62,241 nucleotides of DNA from Pedosphaera sp. (GCA_031414955.1 JANOQV010000292.1:1-62241), one strand, 5' to 3'. Shown: positions 51,076-61,085, counted from the first letter of the stretch. The notes: generated by a model not told the origin, from the letters alone. Made by a program: numbers and translations.

Positions 51076-52356
51076 TCAGGCCAAGGCCAACTGCTCTTGA
51101 ACTCCCGACGTGTTGCGCTGCTTCGTTCGGTTGGGGATCAACTGCTCAATGCTGTGCTCGACAACCCACCGAATGGCGGGCACGCATACCGCGTCGCCGA
51201 AGGCAAAACGAATGTCTGTCTCTGTGCCGATGAGTTGAAAATTCGGCGCGCTCTCGGGGAGACAGACCCCCTGAAGTCGGGCGGATTCCAAAGCTGTCAG
51301 TCGCCGTCCTCTGAGGACTCCATCTTCGATGGTGATGACATACTGAGTCGAAGAACCGCCGCGTGGCGTGCGCAGGCAACTGGCCAAACCGTCAAACCGG
51401 ACGTTGAAAATCTGCTCACGCTTGCGCCTGCGGCGCAGGCGGCGGACAGCAGTGAACACATGTCTTCTGCCGCCACCGAGCAAGGATTCCAAACGGATTT
51501 TGTGGTCGTGCTCCACCAGTGACCAAAAATAATCAGTCTGCTCCTTGTCCCACCAGACCGTGTTGTCCTCTGGGACACGCTCCATGATGTCGCGCAGTGA
51601 AATCTCGCGCGAAGGCAGAGGAGGAAAATCAAAGAAGAACCAAGGCAGGCCGGGGTTCTTGCGGTACGCTTCCGCGAGCTTGTGCCGACGCAAGTGATCG
51701 TTTGGAAACGCACGCCGAGGCAAAGAGTGGCGTTCCAAGTCCACAGCCACAATGAAGACGCGGTTGCGCGACTGCGGAGTGAAATGCTTGGCGTCGATTT
51801 GCAGGACATCGAATCCGTAACCCAAACCAGCCATCGTTTTCAGAATCTCTTCGAGCGCCGAGCCATTGTGGATCGAAAGCAAATTGGGGACGTTCTCAAC
51901 CAGCAAGAACTCCGGCTTCCTTCCGCCGTCCGCCAATGCCGCCACCTTGTCCAAAAAGATTCTCACGAGACTGCTGTGCTCGCCATTCAGTCCCTGCCGG
52001 TTTCCCGCCTGGCTTAAGTCGATGCAGGGAAACGAAGCGGTCACGAGGCGTGGTGTCGGATAGTCGAGCAAATCCAGGAGCCTCACATCACGCTCATCAA
52101 ACGGCACGTCCGGGAAATTCGCTTTGTAGGCGCGCACCTTGCGAGGGTCGTTGTCGTTGGCGAGCACTGCCTGCCAGCCCAGCGGACTCAGCGCCTCATG
52201 CACCAGACCGATCCCCGCGAACAATTCAATGAACGTCTTCCCGCGCAACGCAGATGACGGCGGTGGTTCACAGGTCAGCGCGCTACCGTAAGGGGGCAAG
52301 TCGCCGTCGTGGAGATGCGCTGGCTTGCTCGCCTTTCGATTTGCTGGGTAACGCAT
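51076..52356 (-). CDS. DNA (cytosine-5)-methyltransferase
   Basis: Motifs ELFAGIG (I), SFPC (IV), ENV (VI), QSRNRVF (VIII), ARLQG (IX), FGDAV (X); start codon uncertain. Confidence 0.95.
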   Translation of the reverse strand: MRYPANRKASKPAHLHDGDLPPYGSALTCEPPPSSALRGKTFIELFAGIGLVHEALSPLGWQAVLANDNDPRKVRAYKANFPDVPFDERDVRLLDLLDYPTPRLVTASFPCIDLSQAGNRQGLNGEHSSLVRIFLDKVAALADGGRKPEFLLVENVPNLLSIHNGSALEEILKTMAGLGYGFDVLQIDAKHFTPQSRNRVFIVAVDLERHSLPRRAFPNDHLRRHKLAEAYRKNPGLPWFFFDFPPLPSREISLRDIMERVPEDNTVWWDKEQTDYFWSLVEHDHKIRLESLLGGGRRHVFTAVRRLRRRRKREQIFNVRFDGLASCLRTPRGGSSTQYVITIEDGVLRGRRLTALESARLQGVCLPESAPNFQLIGTETDIRFAFGDAVCVPAIRWVVEHSIEQLIPNRTKQRNTSGVQEQLALA

Positions 52357-52534
52357 GATTTCGTTCGGTCGCTTGCTAATTGAATTTGCATTACGAAGAA
52401 AAGTGAGGCGAGACATTTGTTCCCAATGCCAACACGCGCGCACGCCAGCTTGATTCTTGAAATCTTGGTTCGCCATGCAGTGTGGCGGGTTCACGCTGGA
52501 AGCCGAGGGTGACATCAGCGGTTCACCTTATGGC

Positions 52535-53098
52535 CTACGGTTTGATCGCCACCTTGAGCACGCCATCCGAGCGGTCGCCGAAGAGCTGGTAGGCTTGGGG
52601 AATTTCATCCAGCGAGAACCGGTGGGTGATGAGCGGCGTGGGATCGAAGCGCCCGGATTGCACCAGAGTCAGCAGCCGCCGCATCCGCTCTTTGCCGCCG
52701 GGACAAAGCGTGGTGACGATGCGGTGATCGCCGAGTCCGGCGGAGAAGGCGTCGTAGGGCATTTGCAGTTTGCCGGAATAAACGCCGAGGCTCGACAGCG
52801 TGCCGCCCGGTCGCAGGCAACGCAGCGCGCTTGCAAAAGTCTGCTGCGTGCCCAGGGCTTCGATGGCAACATCCGCGCCGCCGCCGGTCAGTCGTTTGAT
52901 TTCGGCCAGCACATCCACGGCGCGGTAGTCGAGCACCACGTTTGCACCCATGCGTCGCGCCATCGCGAGCCGGGTGTCGTCGCCATCAATGCCAATGATG
53001 AGCGAGGCGCCCATTAACTTCGCGCCGGTGGTGGCGCACAAACCAATCGGTCCTTGGGCGAAGATCACGACGGAATCACCGAGGCGAACCGGGGCGGC
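52535..53098 (-). pseudogene. N-terminally truncated zinc-dependent alcohol dehydrogenase
   Basis: VRLGDSVVIFAQGPIGL...DVAIEALG...THRFSLDEI...VLKVAI; in-frame stop just upstream; catalytic GHE domain absent. Confidence 0.85.
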
Positions 53099-53274
53099 TT
53101 GCTTCGTGGTCGGCCTAGTTGATTCCCGAAGCGCTGTTGTTCACGAAAGCTCACGGAGTATCGATGAACCGCGAGTTGGGAAATCCTGGGTTCCTTCCGC
53201 TCAACGGTTCCGTCCTCAACGCGGGCCAGCCAATCGCCGAATCTCACCGGTCGCTTCTTATGCCGGACTTTCAC
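53065..53274 (-). CDS. Small basic hypothetical protein, possibly fused to the deletion junction
   Basis: GTGA overlap with the DUF2934-like stop; KVRHKKRPVRFGDW. Confidence 0.4.
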   Translation of the reverse strand: MKVRHKKRPVRFGDWLARVEDGTVERKEPRISQLAVHRYSVSFREQQRFGNQLGRPRSKPPRFASVIPS

Positions 53275-53471
53275 AATGTCTTCCTGTTTGGCGGCAGGCC
53301 AGCCAGCAATTGCGCTTCCGCTTCCAGCCAATGCTCCAGATGGCGGCCAGTAGGCTCGCCTTGATCTAAAAAGATTCGGTAGGCCATCTCAGCCACCTGA
53401 TCTCGCGTGGGTGCGGGTGTCTCCAGGCGGGCAGATTTTTTGCCATGGAGAGAAGGAGGTGTTTTTTGCAT
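53271..53471 (-). CDS. DUF2934-like protein
   Basis: DQVAEMAYRIFLDQGEPTGRHLEHWLEAEAQL. Confidence 0.88.
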   Translation of the reverse strand: MQKTPPSLHGKKSARLETPAPTRDQVAEMAYRIFLDQGEPTGRHLEHWLEAEAQLLAGLPPNRKTL

Positions 53472-53477
53472 GACGAG

Positions 53478-53524
53478 ACGATGCTCCAAGATCGGCTTGC
53501 GAGCTATGGGGGCTTCACCCCATG
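53478..53524 (-). promoter_or_regulatory. Conserved box plus -10-like CATCGT
   Basis: TATGGGGGCTTCACCCCATG at 53505-53524. Confidence 0.65.
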
Positions 53525-53618
53525 AGAGAGTTTGGGAACGCGCGAGCTCGCGGACTTTAGTTTCGGAAGCATCTCATCGTGCTGCTTCAGTGCGCAGCAG
53601 CGGAAAGACGAAGACGCC

Positions 53619-53933
53619 CTACTTGGAGGGATCGTGATCAGACGGGCGGAGAACCGTCCAGAGGGAGACGGCCACCTTGGCCCCCTTCAGGGCCATATCG
53701 AACCAGGAAAATTTAGCGCTCCGGGCGGCGGCCCGTTCGCGCCGGAACGCCGAGACTGCCGTCACAAGCAAGGCCACCGCTGATGCCAGCTCACTGACTG
53801 ACTTCAGACGCGCACGGAAGGTCCGAACGCCCCCTGTCATCGCCTGCCATTCCTCGATCAGTTGCGCGCGATTGATTTCGCTTTCTGCGACCAGCAACTC
53901 CTTCTGCAATTGCAATCGGTTCACGCGAGGCAT
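53619..53933 (-). CDS. YqjK-like protein
   Basis: QKELLVAESEINRAQL; third gene of the DUF883/YqjE cluster. Confidence 0.7.
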   Translation of the reverse strand: MPRVNRLQLQKELLVAESEINRAQLIEEWQAMTGGVRTFRARLKSVSELASAVALLVTAVSAFRRERAAARSAKFSWFDMALKGAKVAVSLWTVLRPSDHDPSK

Positions 53934-54310
53934 TTTTCGAGACATGCGCGGTCCTTTCTCAATTGATCGAACGTGGCGGAAAAAGATTTCCAGTGGCCCT
54001 GGAGAATGGAAAAGCGGCGGTAGAGAAGCACGGAGGCTGCGCCATAGAGCGTGGTCAACGTGAGCAGCACTCCGACCGGCGAGAGCGACCACAGCAACAC
54101 CACCACGGCGGCAGTCAGCATGAGGATGGCGAGAAAGGCAAACATCGCCACGCCCAGCGCCAGCAAAATGGCGTGCAGGAGGCGCTCGCGTTCCTCCTGC
54201 ACTTCCACCATCAACAATTCCAACCGGTTTTCACCAATGGTCAGCAGTCGCCGCGCAAAATCTTTCGACGGCGCGGCCAGGGGCGAGGAGTTGAGGATGG
54301 TTGTCTCCAC
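53921..54310 (-). CDS. YqjE / holin-like membrane protein
   Basis: NRLELLMVEVQEERER, two TM segments, FSATFDQLRKDR. Confidence 0.85.
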   Translation of the reverse strand: METTILNSSPLAAPSKDFARRLLTIGENRLELLMVEVQEERERLLHAILLALGVAMFAFLAILMLTAAVVVLLWSLSPVGVLLTLTTLYGAASVLLYRRFSILQGHWKSFSATFDQLRKDRACLEKCLA

Positions 54311-54315
54311 AAATT

Positions 54316-54618
54316 TCAGTCGTTGCGCGAGCAACGGCGCCCGAGCAGATAACCGACCAGCGCGCCGATCCCGACGCCGATGGCGATGGCTTGATAGGGA
54401 TGCTCATGCACGGCCTCGTCAGCCGCCTTGGCCCCCTGAATCGCTTTGTCGCGGACATCGCCCGCGATTTCCCGGCCGCGTTCCAGCGCGGCGGCGAGGC
54501 GCTTGCGGGCTTCCCCGACTTTTTCCCCGGCCACGTCGGCGGTGGCGGCCATCAAGGCCCGTGCGTCCTCGGCCAGTTGGCCCATGTCATTGCTCAGTGC
54601 TTTTGTTTCTTTGCTCAT
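54316..54618 (-). CDS. DUF883 (ElaB/YqjD) family protein
   Basis: AADEAVHEHPYQAIAIGVGIGALVGYLLGRR C-terminal anchor. Confidence 0.93.
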   Translation of the reverse strand: MSKETKALSNDMGQLAEDARALMAATADVAGEKVGEARKRLAAALERGREIAGDVRDKAIQGAKAADEAVHEHPYQAIAIGVGIGALVGYLLGRRCSRND

Positions 54619-54721
54619 AATCTCTGGTTTCTATTGGTTGGTGTCTTCAGTGGTAAATTTTCCGCGGCGCCGAGGTGGAACTGCTTCGGTCAGGCGGGAC
54701 GGCCAGGCCGGGTCTTGTTAG

Positions 54722-54985
54722 TTACACGGTGCCAGCCGGGGCCATGATTCCGCGCACGACCGCTTCCGCCTCCAGCCAGACCTGCGATTTGATCAGCCAT
54801 ATTTTTGCGTCCTGCAAATTCTTCTCCTTGTCGCTGGACTCGCCGGTCAGCGCTTCCTGGGACGAATCCTGAGCCGCGGTTTCACAAGTCTTCGCATGCT
54901 GTTGCAGCGCCTCAATGATGCTGGTCAGTGGAGAAGCCGTGACTGCGGACTCGGCACCGGTGTTTTGAAATGTTTCCTGCCTCAT
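54722..54985 (-). CDS. Small hypothetical protein
   Basis: 87 aa helical ORF between a conserved box and the DUF883 gene. Confidence 0.6.
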   Translation of the reverse strand: MRQETFQNTGAESAVTASPLTSIIEALQQHAKTCETAAQDSSQEALTGESSDKEKNLQDAKIWLIKSQVWLEAEAVVRGIMAPAGTV

Positions 54986-55057
54986 AATGATTTTTCTTGG
55001 TGGAAAAGCATCGGCTCTCTCACGGTGCAAGGTTCGGCGAAATCGCCGTGTCTGTTC

Positions 55058-55075
55058 TATGGGGTCTTTCCCTAC
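55058..55075 (-). promoter_or_regulatory. Conserved box
   Basis: TATGGGGTCTTTCCCTAC; no clear -10 at the usual spacing. Confidence 0.65.
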
Positions 55076-55160
55076 CGGCGAATCTCATCCAAGGATTTTC
55101 CCAGTGCGGTGAGGATCACCCTAGTCGCGGCCTCCTTCATTGCGACCTATCGGGGGGGGT

Positions 55161-55859
55161 ATGCACAAATCCACCAAAACACTGGTTGTTGCAGCCGCCG
55201 CGAGCGAAACGAATTTTCGGGTCGCAATCACTCAATCCCGCACCGGCACCCGCCTGCTGCGTGAAATAAGCGAGGTTCGGCCGGAGCGGGACGGTGCTCC
55301 CTTGAGGCACGTTTCCAGGCTGATCGTGCTGACGCGATTCCTGAGCCTGGCCTTCCTCCTCATTGCGCTCAGCCACCCGTTGAGCGTCCTCGGCGTGGTG
55401 GGGCCGGTCAGTGTCTCGCTGGCCTGGGATCGCAATCCAGAGGCCGATGTGGTCGGCTACCGCATTTACTACGGCCTGAGCAGCCGGCAATACACCAACA
55501 GCATTTACGTGGGCAACCTGACGGCGGGCACGGTTCCCGGTCTCTCCAACGGCGTTCCCTACTTCTTCGCCATGACCGCGCTCGACGCCACGGGACTTGA
55601 GAGCGATTACTCGAGCGAAGTCGCGGTGACGCCCAACGGTGGCTTCAGCTTGAAGGTCCGCATCCCCGCCAACCGCCAGTCCGTGCTGACCGTGACCGGC
55701 CCCGCCGGTCAGGCGTATGATTTTCTCGCTTCCACGAATTTCACGACCTGGGCCACCTTGGGCAGCGCCACGGCCGGCACGAATGGTCTCGCGACCTACA
55801 CGGATACCGCGGCGCCGGGCTATCGTATCCGGTATTATCGCGCGCGGCAGAAACCATGA
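55161..55859 (+). CDS. Fibronectin type III domain protein, copy 2
   Basis: Colinear, same-length paralog of 37641-38339. Confidence 0.85.
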   Translation: MHKSTKTLVVAAAASETNFRVAITQSRTGTRLLREISEVRPERDGAPLRHVSRLIVLTRFLSLAFLLIALSHPLSVLGVVGPVSVSLAWDRNPEADVVGYRIYYGLSSRQYTNSIYVGNLTAGTVPGLSNGVPYFFAMTALDATGLESDYSSEVAVTPNGGFSLKVRIPANRQSVLTVTGPAGQAYDFLASTNFTTWATLGSATAGTNGLATYTDTAAPGYRIRYYRARQKP

Positions 55860-55930
55860 AGCTGATCACCAAGCGCTGAATCTCCGAAGGTCAAAGCCGT
55901 TGTCACCCGGTGCCGGAATCCACCGGACGC

Positions 55931-55973
55931 CGGGTTAGACCCCATATCGAAGTCTGCGCCGAACGCGTAGCGT
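55931..55973 (+). promoter_or_regulatory. Conserved box in inverted orientation plus -10-like TAGCGT
   Basis: CGGGTTAGACCCCATATC upstream of a plus-strand gene. Confidence 0.7.
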
Positions 55974-56000
55974 CATTTCAGAAATCAAAATAGAATCAAT

Positions 56001-56186
56001 ATGAAAACCATCCTGTTCTGCGCTGCCGTCCTCACTCTCCTCACGACCACGGGATGTCTGGTCACCGAAGGCCGATCCCACCGGGGCCGGGGACATGGAC
56101 ACGGCCATGGACCGGCCGTGCTCGTTCCCGCTCCGGTCGTGGTGGTGCCCGCGCCGGTGATTATCGTGCCGGTCCGCCCTCGCTGA
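56001..56186 (+). CDS. Small His/Gly- and Val/Pro-rich lipoprotein
   Basis: TTGC lipobox; HRGRGHGHGHG, VPAPVVVVPAPV. Confidence 0.75.
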   Translation: MKTILFCAAVLTLLTTTGCLVTEGRSHRGRGHGHGHGPAVLVPAPVVVVPAPVIIVPVRPR

Positions 56187-56235
56187 TGGAATGTTCGTCG
56201 CGATGAATTCATGCCGCGCCTACGGATACAGGTCG

Positions 56236-57660
56236 ATGTTTTCGAGCCGCTTGTTCCAAACTGCCGCGCTGATCGCTTGGCTCGCGCTGCTTCCGCCTGA
56301 TCTTTTCGGGGCCGCACGGCTCAAGCTTCTGCTGGATTCGCCGACGCTGACGGCCTCGGAGAAATTTGTGCTCGCGCAAGTCCTCGCGGGGAAACCGGCC
56401 GACCTCGGCCAGTTTGGGGATGAAACCAATCGCGTCCTGCGCGCCGCCTTTGTCGAGGCACTGTTGACGCAGAGCGGCACCAACGCTCATCGCAACGGCA
56501 TTGTCATCGAACACGCCGTCATTCTCGAGGTGCTCGATCTCCGCAACGCCGAGGTGCCGTGTGAAACCAGCTTCATCGAATGCCGGTTCGACGGAGCGGC
56601 CGACTTTTCCAAGAGCGCCTTGGAAAAGGGTTTCTCGCTGACCGGCTCCAGCTTTGAACGGTCGGTCAATTTCTCCTCCATGAAGATCGGGCGGGCCGCT
56701 GTTTTTGACCGAGCGAGTTTTGGTGCCGAGGTGAATGCCACGCAAATGGAAGTCGGCGGCGTGTTCACTGCCCGCGAAGCGCGCTTCCACAGCCCGACCG
56801 GCCTGGTGGACTTCACCAGCCTGAAGACAGGCGGCGATGCTGCCTTCACCCGCGCCACCTTCGCCGGTCCCGTCACCTTTCAATCCGCGTACATCGCTGA
56901 GAACTGGCGATTGGATGGGAGCCTCTTCACCCACACCAACGCCCTGGTGAAGTTTGAAGAAGTGAAAGTCGGCGCCACCACCACCTTCGTCGGTGCCCGC
57001 TTTGCCGGATACGTCTCGTTCAAGGATGCGCGGTTCGCCGCGCTCGATCTTTCCAAAGTCACCTAGCCCACCAACCACGATGATCACCCATGGCTCTGGC
57101 TCAACGGCATGACCTACGCACGCATCAGCGCCGGATCGGAAAAGGATTCCTGCCAGAACCTCTGCCAACTGGTCGAACGCACCGCGCACGGCTCGGCCTA
57201 TTCCGCCGATGTCTTCACCCGCCTGGAAGATTACTACCGCAAGCTGGGCTACGCGCGTCCGGCGGACAACTTCTTCCGCATCCAGAAGCAGCGCGAACGC
57301 GAGGAAGTCCTGTGCGGCTTCGCCTGGGCCTGGAGTCTCTTTCTCGAACAATTCGTGGGCTACGGTCGCAGCCCTGAACGCGCCATCTTCTGGAGCGTGG
57401 TCATCATCGGGATCGGTTGCGTGATGTTCCGGCCTCATCGCATGGAACCGCAGAAGTCCGAATACACCCAGCGCAAATACAGCCCCTTCTGGTACAGCGT
57501 GGATGTTTACCTGCCCATCATCAAACTGCACGACGCCGAGATCTGGAAGCCCCGGGAAGATTGCGTCCTGACCCATGTCTGGCGCCGCATCCACACCGTC
57601 CTCGGCTGGGCGCTCATCCCCATCGCCATCGCCGCGTGGACCGGCATGCTTTCCCACTAG
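56236..57660 (+). pseudogene. Pentapeptide-repeat membrane protein interrupted by one in-frame TAG (57064-57066)
   Basis: A-x-F repeats; ORFs 56191..57066 and 57109..57660 share a frame; C-terminal GYG...WYSVDVYLPIIKL...LGWAL membrane part. Confidence 0.8.
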
Positions 57661-57756
57661 AAGTCATCTCATCAATGGCGGAGAGCGCAGGCGATCACAA
57701 CGGCGGGTTGTTCATGGGGGCAATGAATCCCTGCCGCTCCTGCCAAGCCTGGTCGA

Positions 57757-59718
57757 TCAGGGTTTGGGTTCCTTGGCTTTCGTCAGCGCGGACATGATGG
57801 CCTTTTGCACCGTCGGATTAGCCAGGTTCCCCAAGTGCCCGCCCTTTTTGAAGACGGTCATTTGATCGGGGTCGAAGGTGGCATCGAGCCAGTCGAGGTC
57901 GGCGGGCGGCAGGAGAAAATCGTTCTGGTTGACGATGATGCGGACGGTGCGGTTGGTGCGCAGCGCGGTTTCGTAAGTCCGCAGATCGCCGGCCTTGGCG
58001 AGCGCTTCCGCCGCGGGCGCGGGCAGGCCCCGGGTCTCGTAATAGGGAGCGGCAAACTTCTCCACGTAGTCCCGATAGGAATACTGCTGGATTTCGTTAT
58101 AGGACGGGTTGCGCCGGAAACTCCGGAGCGGGTGTTGCAGGACGCCCAGGTTGCGTCGCTGCTGACTGCTGAAAATCATGTCGCGCAGGATGAAGCGGAA
58201 AGTCAGGCCGACGAGAAACTTGGACTCGATGGCGTTGAAGGGCAGTGAAGAGTCCGGCGTGACCTTGCTCTTGCTCATGGCCGCTACCTTCAGAAAAGTG
58301 TTGTGGATGTTGTCGGTCCGGTTCGTGACCGGCCAGGAAAGAGGAGCCTGATAATATTCGTCCAGCTTGGTCACGCCCTGGATGAAGCGCACCGGAGTGT
58401 TGATGGCCACGTAACGATCAAATTGAACCAGCGACGCCTGGTTGGTCGGAGTGGTCGCGGCGATGAACAACGAGTGAAGCGCGCCCATGGAATAGCCCAT
58501 CAAGGCCTTGTCGCCCAACTGGTCCGGATACATTTCCCGCAAACGGCGATCCACTTCGGTCAACGCGACATGCACGTCGTGGCCGTCCACCGGCAGATAG
58601 GCGGGCAGCGCCGCGATGGAAGCGTTTTCCATGAACTCGGTGTTGAAGGCGCTGCTGAGGCACACGGCCGAGTAGCCATTGCTGTAAACCAATTCGGCCA
58701 GCGCGATGGATGGCTGGGCCAGGCGATGCGAACCCAAGCCGGGAAGGATGTAAACCACCGGCGCTTTTTGTGGCTGCAACCAGTAGGTGAACTTGAGCTT
58801 TTTATCCGTGGACGGAATCAGGACCGAGCGGGTTTTGCCGACTCCCGGGAAATCGGGATCCTTGTAGGTGAAGAAGACGGAGGCGAGCGTTTCCAACGAG
58901 GCTTCGTCCTGGTTTCCCTTCACCTGGAAATCGGCCACCCGGTTCTCCCGGGCGAAGGTCCAGGCGTACTGGACGAGGGCATACGAATCCATTTCGGCCT
59001 GACTGAAGCGCACATACTCATTCACGTTGTCGCTCAAGTCGTTGTACATCACCGCGTAGTTGAAGTAAGTGTAGGGGCCGAGCCAGGTCAGGGGATTGGA
59101 CGCGACGATTTCATAGGGGGCAATGTAGAGGAGCGGATTGGCCGCGGTGTCGGCGGCAAAGCCGAGCGTGTCCCGTTCATTGCTGGGGCCCAAGATGGGC
59201 AGCATGATGAAACACTGCGGCTTCCAGCCCCACTGGCCGAAGGTCTGGCCGAAGTCCGCGTCTGATTTCGGAATCTTCCATTTGGTCCCCACGTCGAAAA
59301 ACCCGACGACGCCGACGGTGCTGTTGCAAAGGAACCGGTAGGATTCATCGCGCGCGCCGCTCCACTTTCCCTGGAGCAGATTATTGATCGCCCGGCCCGG
59401 GTAGGTGAGGTTCCGGCCAAAATTTCCGATGCCGGTGCGGACCGGTTTCACGACCACGAACCGATAAACTTTGCTGGTCGGCTGGACGACCCCCGCCATA
59501 AGCCCCTTGTTGAAACCCCACACCGCCCGGTTAAAAGGTTCAAGGGGATCGGGGACGGATTCAGGGAGAACGACGACGTTCGTGTCCGGCGGACGGGTGG
59601 CAACAGCGGCCGGTTCCTGACTGTGAGCGAACAACGCGAGGAATACCGTGAGAACCACGATTGACACCCCCGCCATTCTCCGGCGACGGGTTGGGCCGGT
59701 GGCGACAGGCAATTTCAC
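57757..59718 (-). CDS. MlaA/VacJ domain fused to an alpha/beta hydrolase
   Basis: DPLEPFNRAVWGFN, DFGQTFGQWG, LPILGPSNERD; then PGLGS, GYSMGA, NDFL, GGHLG. Confidence 0.9.
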   Translation of the reverse strand: MKLPVATGPTRRRRMAGVSIVVLTVFLALFAHSQEPAAVATRPPDTNVVVLPESVPDPLEPFNRAVWGFNKGLMAGVVQPTSKVYRFVVVKPVRTGIGNFGRNLTYPGRAINNLLQGKWSGARDESYRFLCNSTVGVVGFFDVGTKWKIPKSDADFGQTFGQWGWKPQCFIMLPILGPSNERDTLGFAADTAANPLLYIAPYEIVASNPLTWLGPYTYFNYAVMYNDLSDNVNEYVRFSQAEMDSYALVQYAWTFARENRVADFQVKGNQDEASLETLASVFFTYKDPDFPGVGKTRSVLIPSTDKKLKFTYWLQPQKAPVVYILPGLGSHRLAQPSIALAELVYSNGYSAVCLSSAFNTEFMENASIAALPAYLPVDGHDVHVALTEVDRRLREMYPDQLGDKALMGYSMGALHSLFIAATTPTNQASLVQFDRYVAINTPVRFIQGVTKLDEYYQAPLSWPVTNRTDNIHNTFLKVAAMSKSKVTPDSSLPFNAIESKFLVGLTFRFILRDMIFSSQQRRNLGVLQHPLRSFRRNPSYNEIQQYSYRDYVEKFAAPYYETRGLPAPAAEALAKAGDLRTYETALRTNRTVRIIVNQNDFLLPPADLDWLDATFDPDQMTVFKKGGHLGNLANPTVQKAIMSALTKAKEPKP

Positions 59719-59825
59719 GACAGAGTGGGCTCAGGCAACGGGCCGTGGGCGGCGCAGCACAGCGATAACGTGTGCAACGCAGCCAGGCATATCCAAATGA
59801 GAGCCATGCCTCCCAGAATAGTCAT
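59715..59825 (-). CDS. Small single-TM peptide
   Basis: MTILGGMALIWICLAALHTLSLCCAAHGPLPEPTLS; GTGA overlap with the MlaA fusion. Confidence 0.45.
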   Translation of the reverse strand: MTILGGMALIWICLAALHTLSLCCAAHGPLPEPTLS

Positions 59826-59884
59826 AGATGAACTCCCTGATCTTCCTCTCCATCCTGGAGACTGTGGGTGGCTTTCATGGCTGG

Positions 59885-59930
59885 AGCCTGGGTCCAAAGA
59901 CAACGCAGCGATATGGGGTGTTTCCCCCAA
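59885..59930 (-). promoter_or_regulatory. Conserved box plus -10-like CAGGCT
   Basis: TATGGGGTGTTTCCCCCAA at 59912-59930. Confidence 0.68.
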
Positions 59931-59976
59931 TCCTGAATCGAAGAGGAGCATGGGTGGGAATACGGAGATGCCACCT

Positions 59977-60471
59977 TCAGACCACGGTCCGCGTTTTCCG
60001 GGTTTGAAAATCTTCCAGCACCAGGAAGCCAGGCACGCTGCCGCGAGCCGGGCCGTCGGCCAGTTCCACCTCGGACTCGAAGCGCACGGGGAAGACACGC
60101 TGCGCATCCTTGCCCAGCAACTCGTAGCTCTGGGCCAGACGCTTCGCGTCGGGTGCGGCCGTGCCACACCAAAGGCGAACCTGCCCACGAGCCGTGACGA
60201 TGATGGGCTGCATGGTGCCAAGTCCTTCGTGTCCACGGACGGGTGGTGTGATATAGCCGGGGAGCTTTGTGCCATCGGCGAGGGTAAACGCGGCGCGCAC
60301 CACGAACATGCGCCCGGCCGGATTCAGCAGACCGGATTCCGTGTGCGGGCGGACGGTGGATTCGTCCTGACCACTTTGGCCCTCGGCATCCAGCCTGAAT
60401 TCCCAGATGGGAAACTGGCGGAGATCATCCATGGTCAGCTCGTAAACCTGTTTTCCGATTCGGGCACTCAT
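59977..60471 (-). CDS. Hypothetical protein
   Basis: 164 aa; LRQFPIWEF, QDESTVRP, FTLADGT; follows rpmI. Confidence 0.75.
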   Translation of the reverse strand: MSARIGKQVYELTMDDLRQFPIWEFRLDAEGQSGQDESTVRPHTESGLLNPAGRMFVVRAAFTLADGTKLPGYITPPVRGHEGLGTMQPIIVTARGQVRLWCGTAAPDAKRLAQSYELLGKDAQRVFPVRFESEVELADGPARGSVPGFLVLEDFQTRKTRTVV

Positions 60472-60489
60472 GGGCACGTTACACTGGGC

Positions 60490-60699
60490 TTAATGGCTGA
60501 AGGGCAGGTTCTGGGTGATCCGGTACGCATCGGTGGACGACACCTGGCGGTCCTTGCCCAACGAACGGCGGCGGTTGGAGTTCTTGCCCTGGAGCAAATG
60601 GCGTTTGCCCGCGCCGCGGCGCATGATTTTCCCGGAGCCGGTGATCTTGAAACGCTTGGCCACTGATTTCCTGGTTTTGATTCCCTTGGGTCTTCTCAT
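60490..60699 (-). CDS. rpmI: 50S ribosomal protein L35
   Basis: KTRKSVAKRFKITGSGKIMRRGAGKRHLL. Confidence 0.95.
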   Translation of the reverse strand: MRRPKGIKTRKSVAKRFKITGSGKIMRRGAGKRHLLQGKNSNRRRSLGKDRQVSSTDAYRITQNLPFSH

Positions 60700-60708
60700 A
60701 AAGAAAGG

Positions 60709-60939
60709 TCAGTTTTCTCTGAAAGTAATTTTGACCAGCGCACCATGTTCGGTCAGGCGAATCGCGCACAGCTCGGTGGGGGCGCGCTGAATGAGATTCT
60801 GCCGCTCCAAGGCCTCGATCTCGCCGGGGGAGATGCGCGGCGTGCTCCAATAACGATGCACATCGCGCAGGCAGAAACGAAGTTCGCCCCGTGACATGAC
60901 GGCGGGACGGGGCGTGGCGACAGCCTGGTTGCGCTTCAT
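60709..60939 (-). CDS. Small hypothetical protein, winged-helix-like
   Basis: IEALERQNLIQR...IRLTEHG; 9 bp upstream of rpmI. Confidence 0.55.
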   Translation of the reverse strand: MKRNQAVATPRPAVMSRGELRFCLRDVHRYWSTPRISPGEIEALERQNLIQRAPTELCAIRLTEHGALVKITFREN

Positions 60940-61085
60940 GATGTTGTCTTCCTGCCGCTCCACTTTTCGGCGCTCGTGTCTTGAAACCGCGTGCTGGACC
61001 CGACCAGTTGAGCCGGGTCCGTATCGGACCCGGCCTCAACCCCCACTTCCGAAAACCATCGGGCAAGACATGCTGGCAGGGGACG

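Noticed and set aside
57064..57066. Pyrrolysine or amber recoding
   Set aside because: TAG is a normal stop for other genes here, and no pyl genes are in the window.
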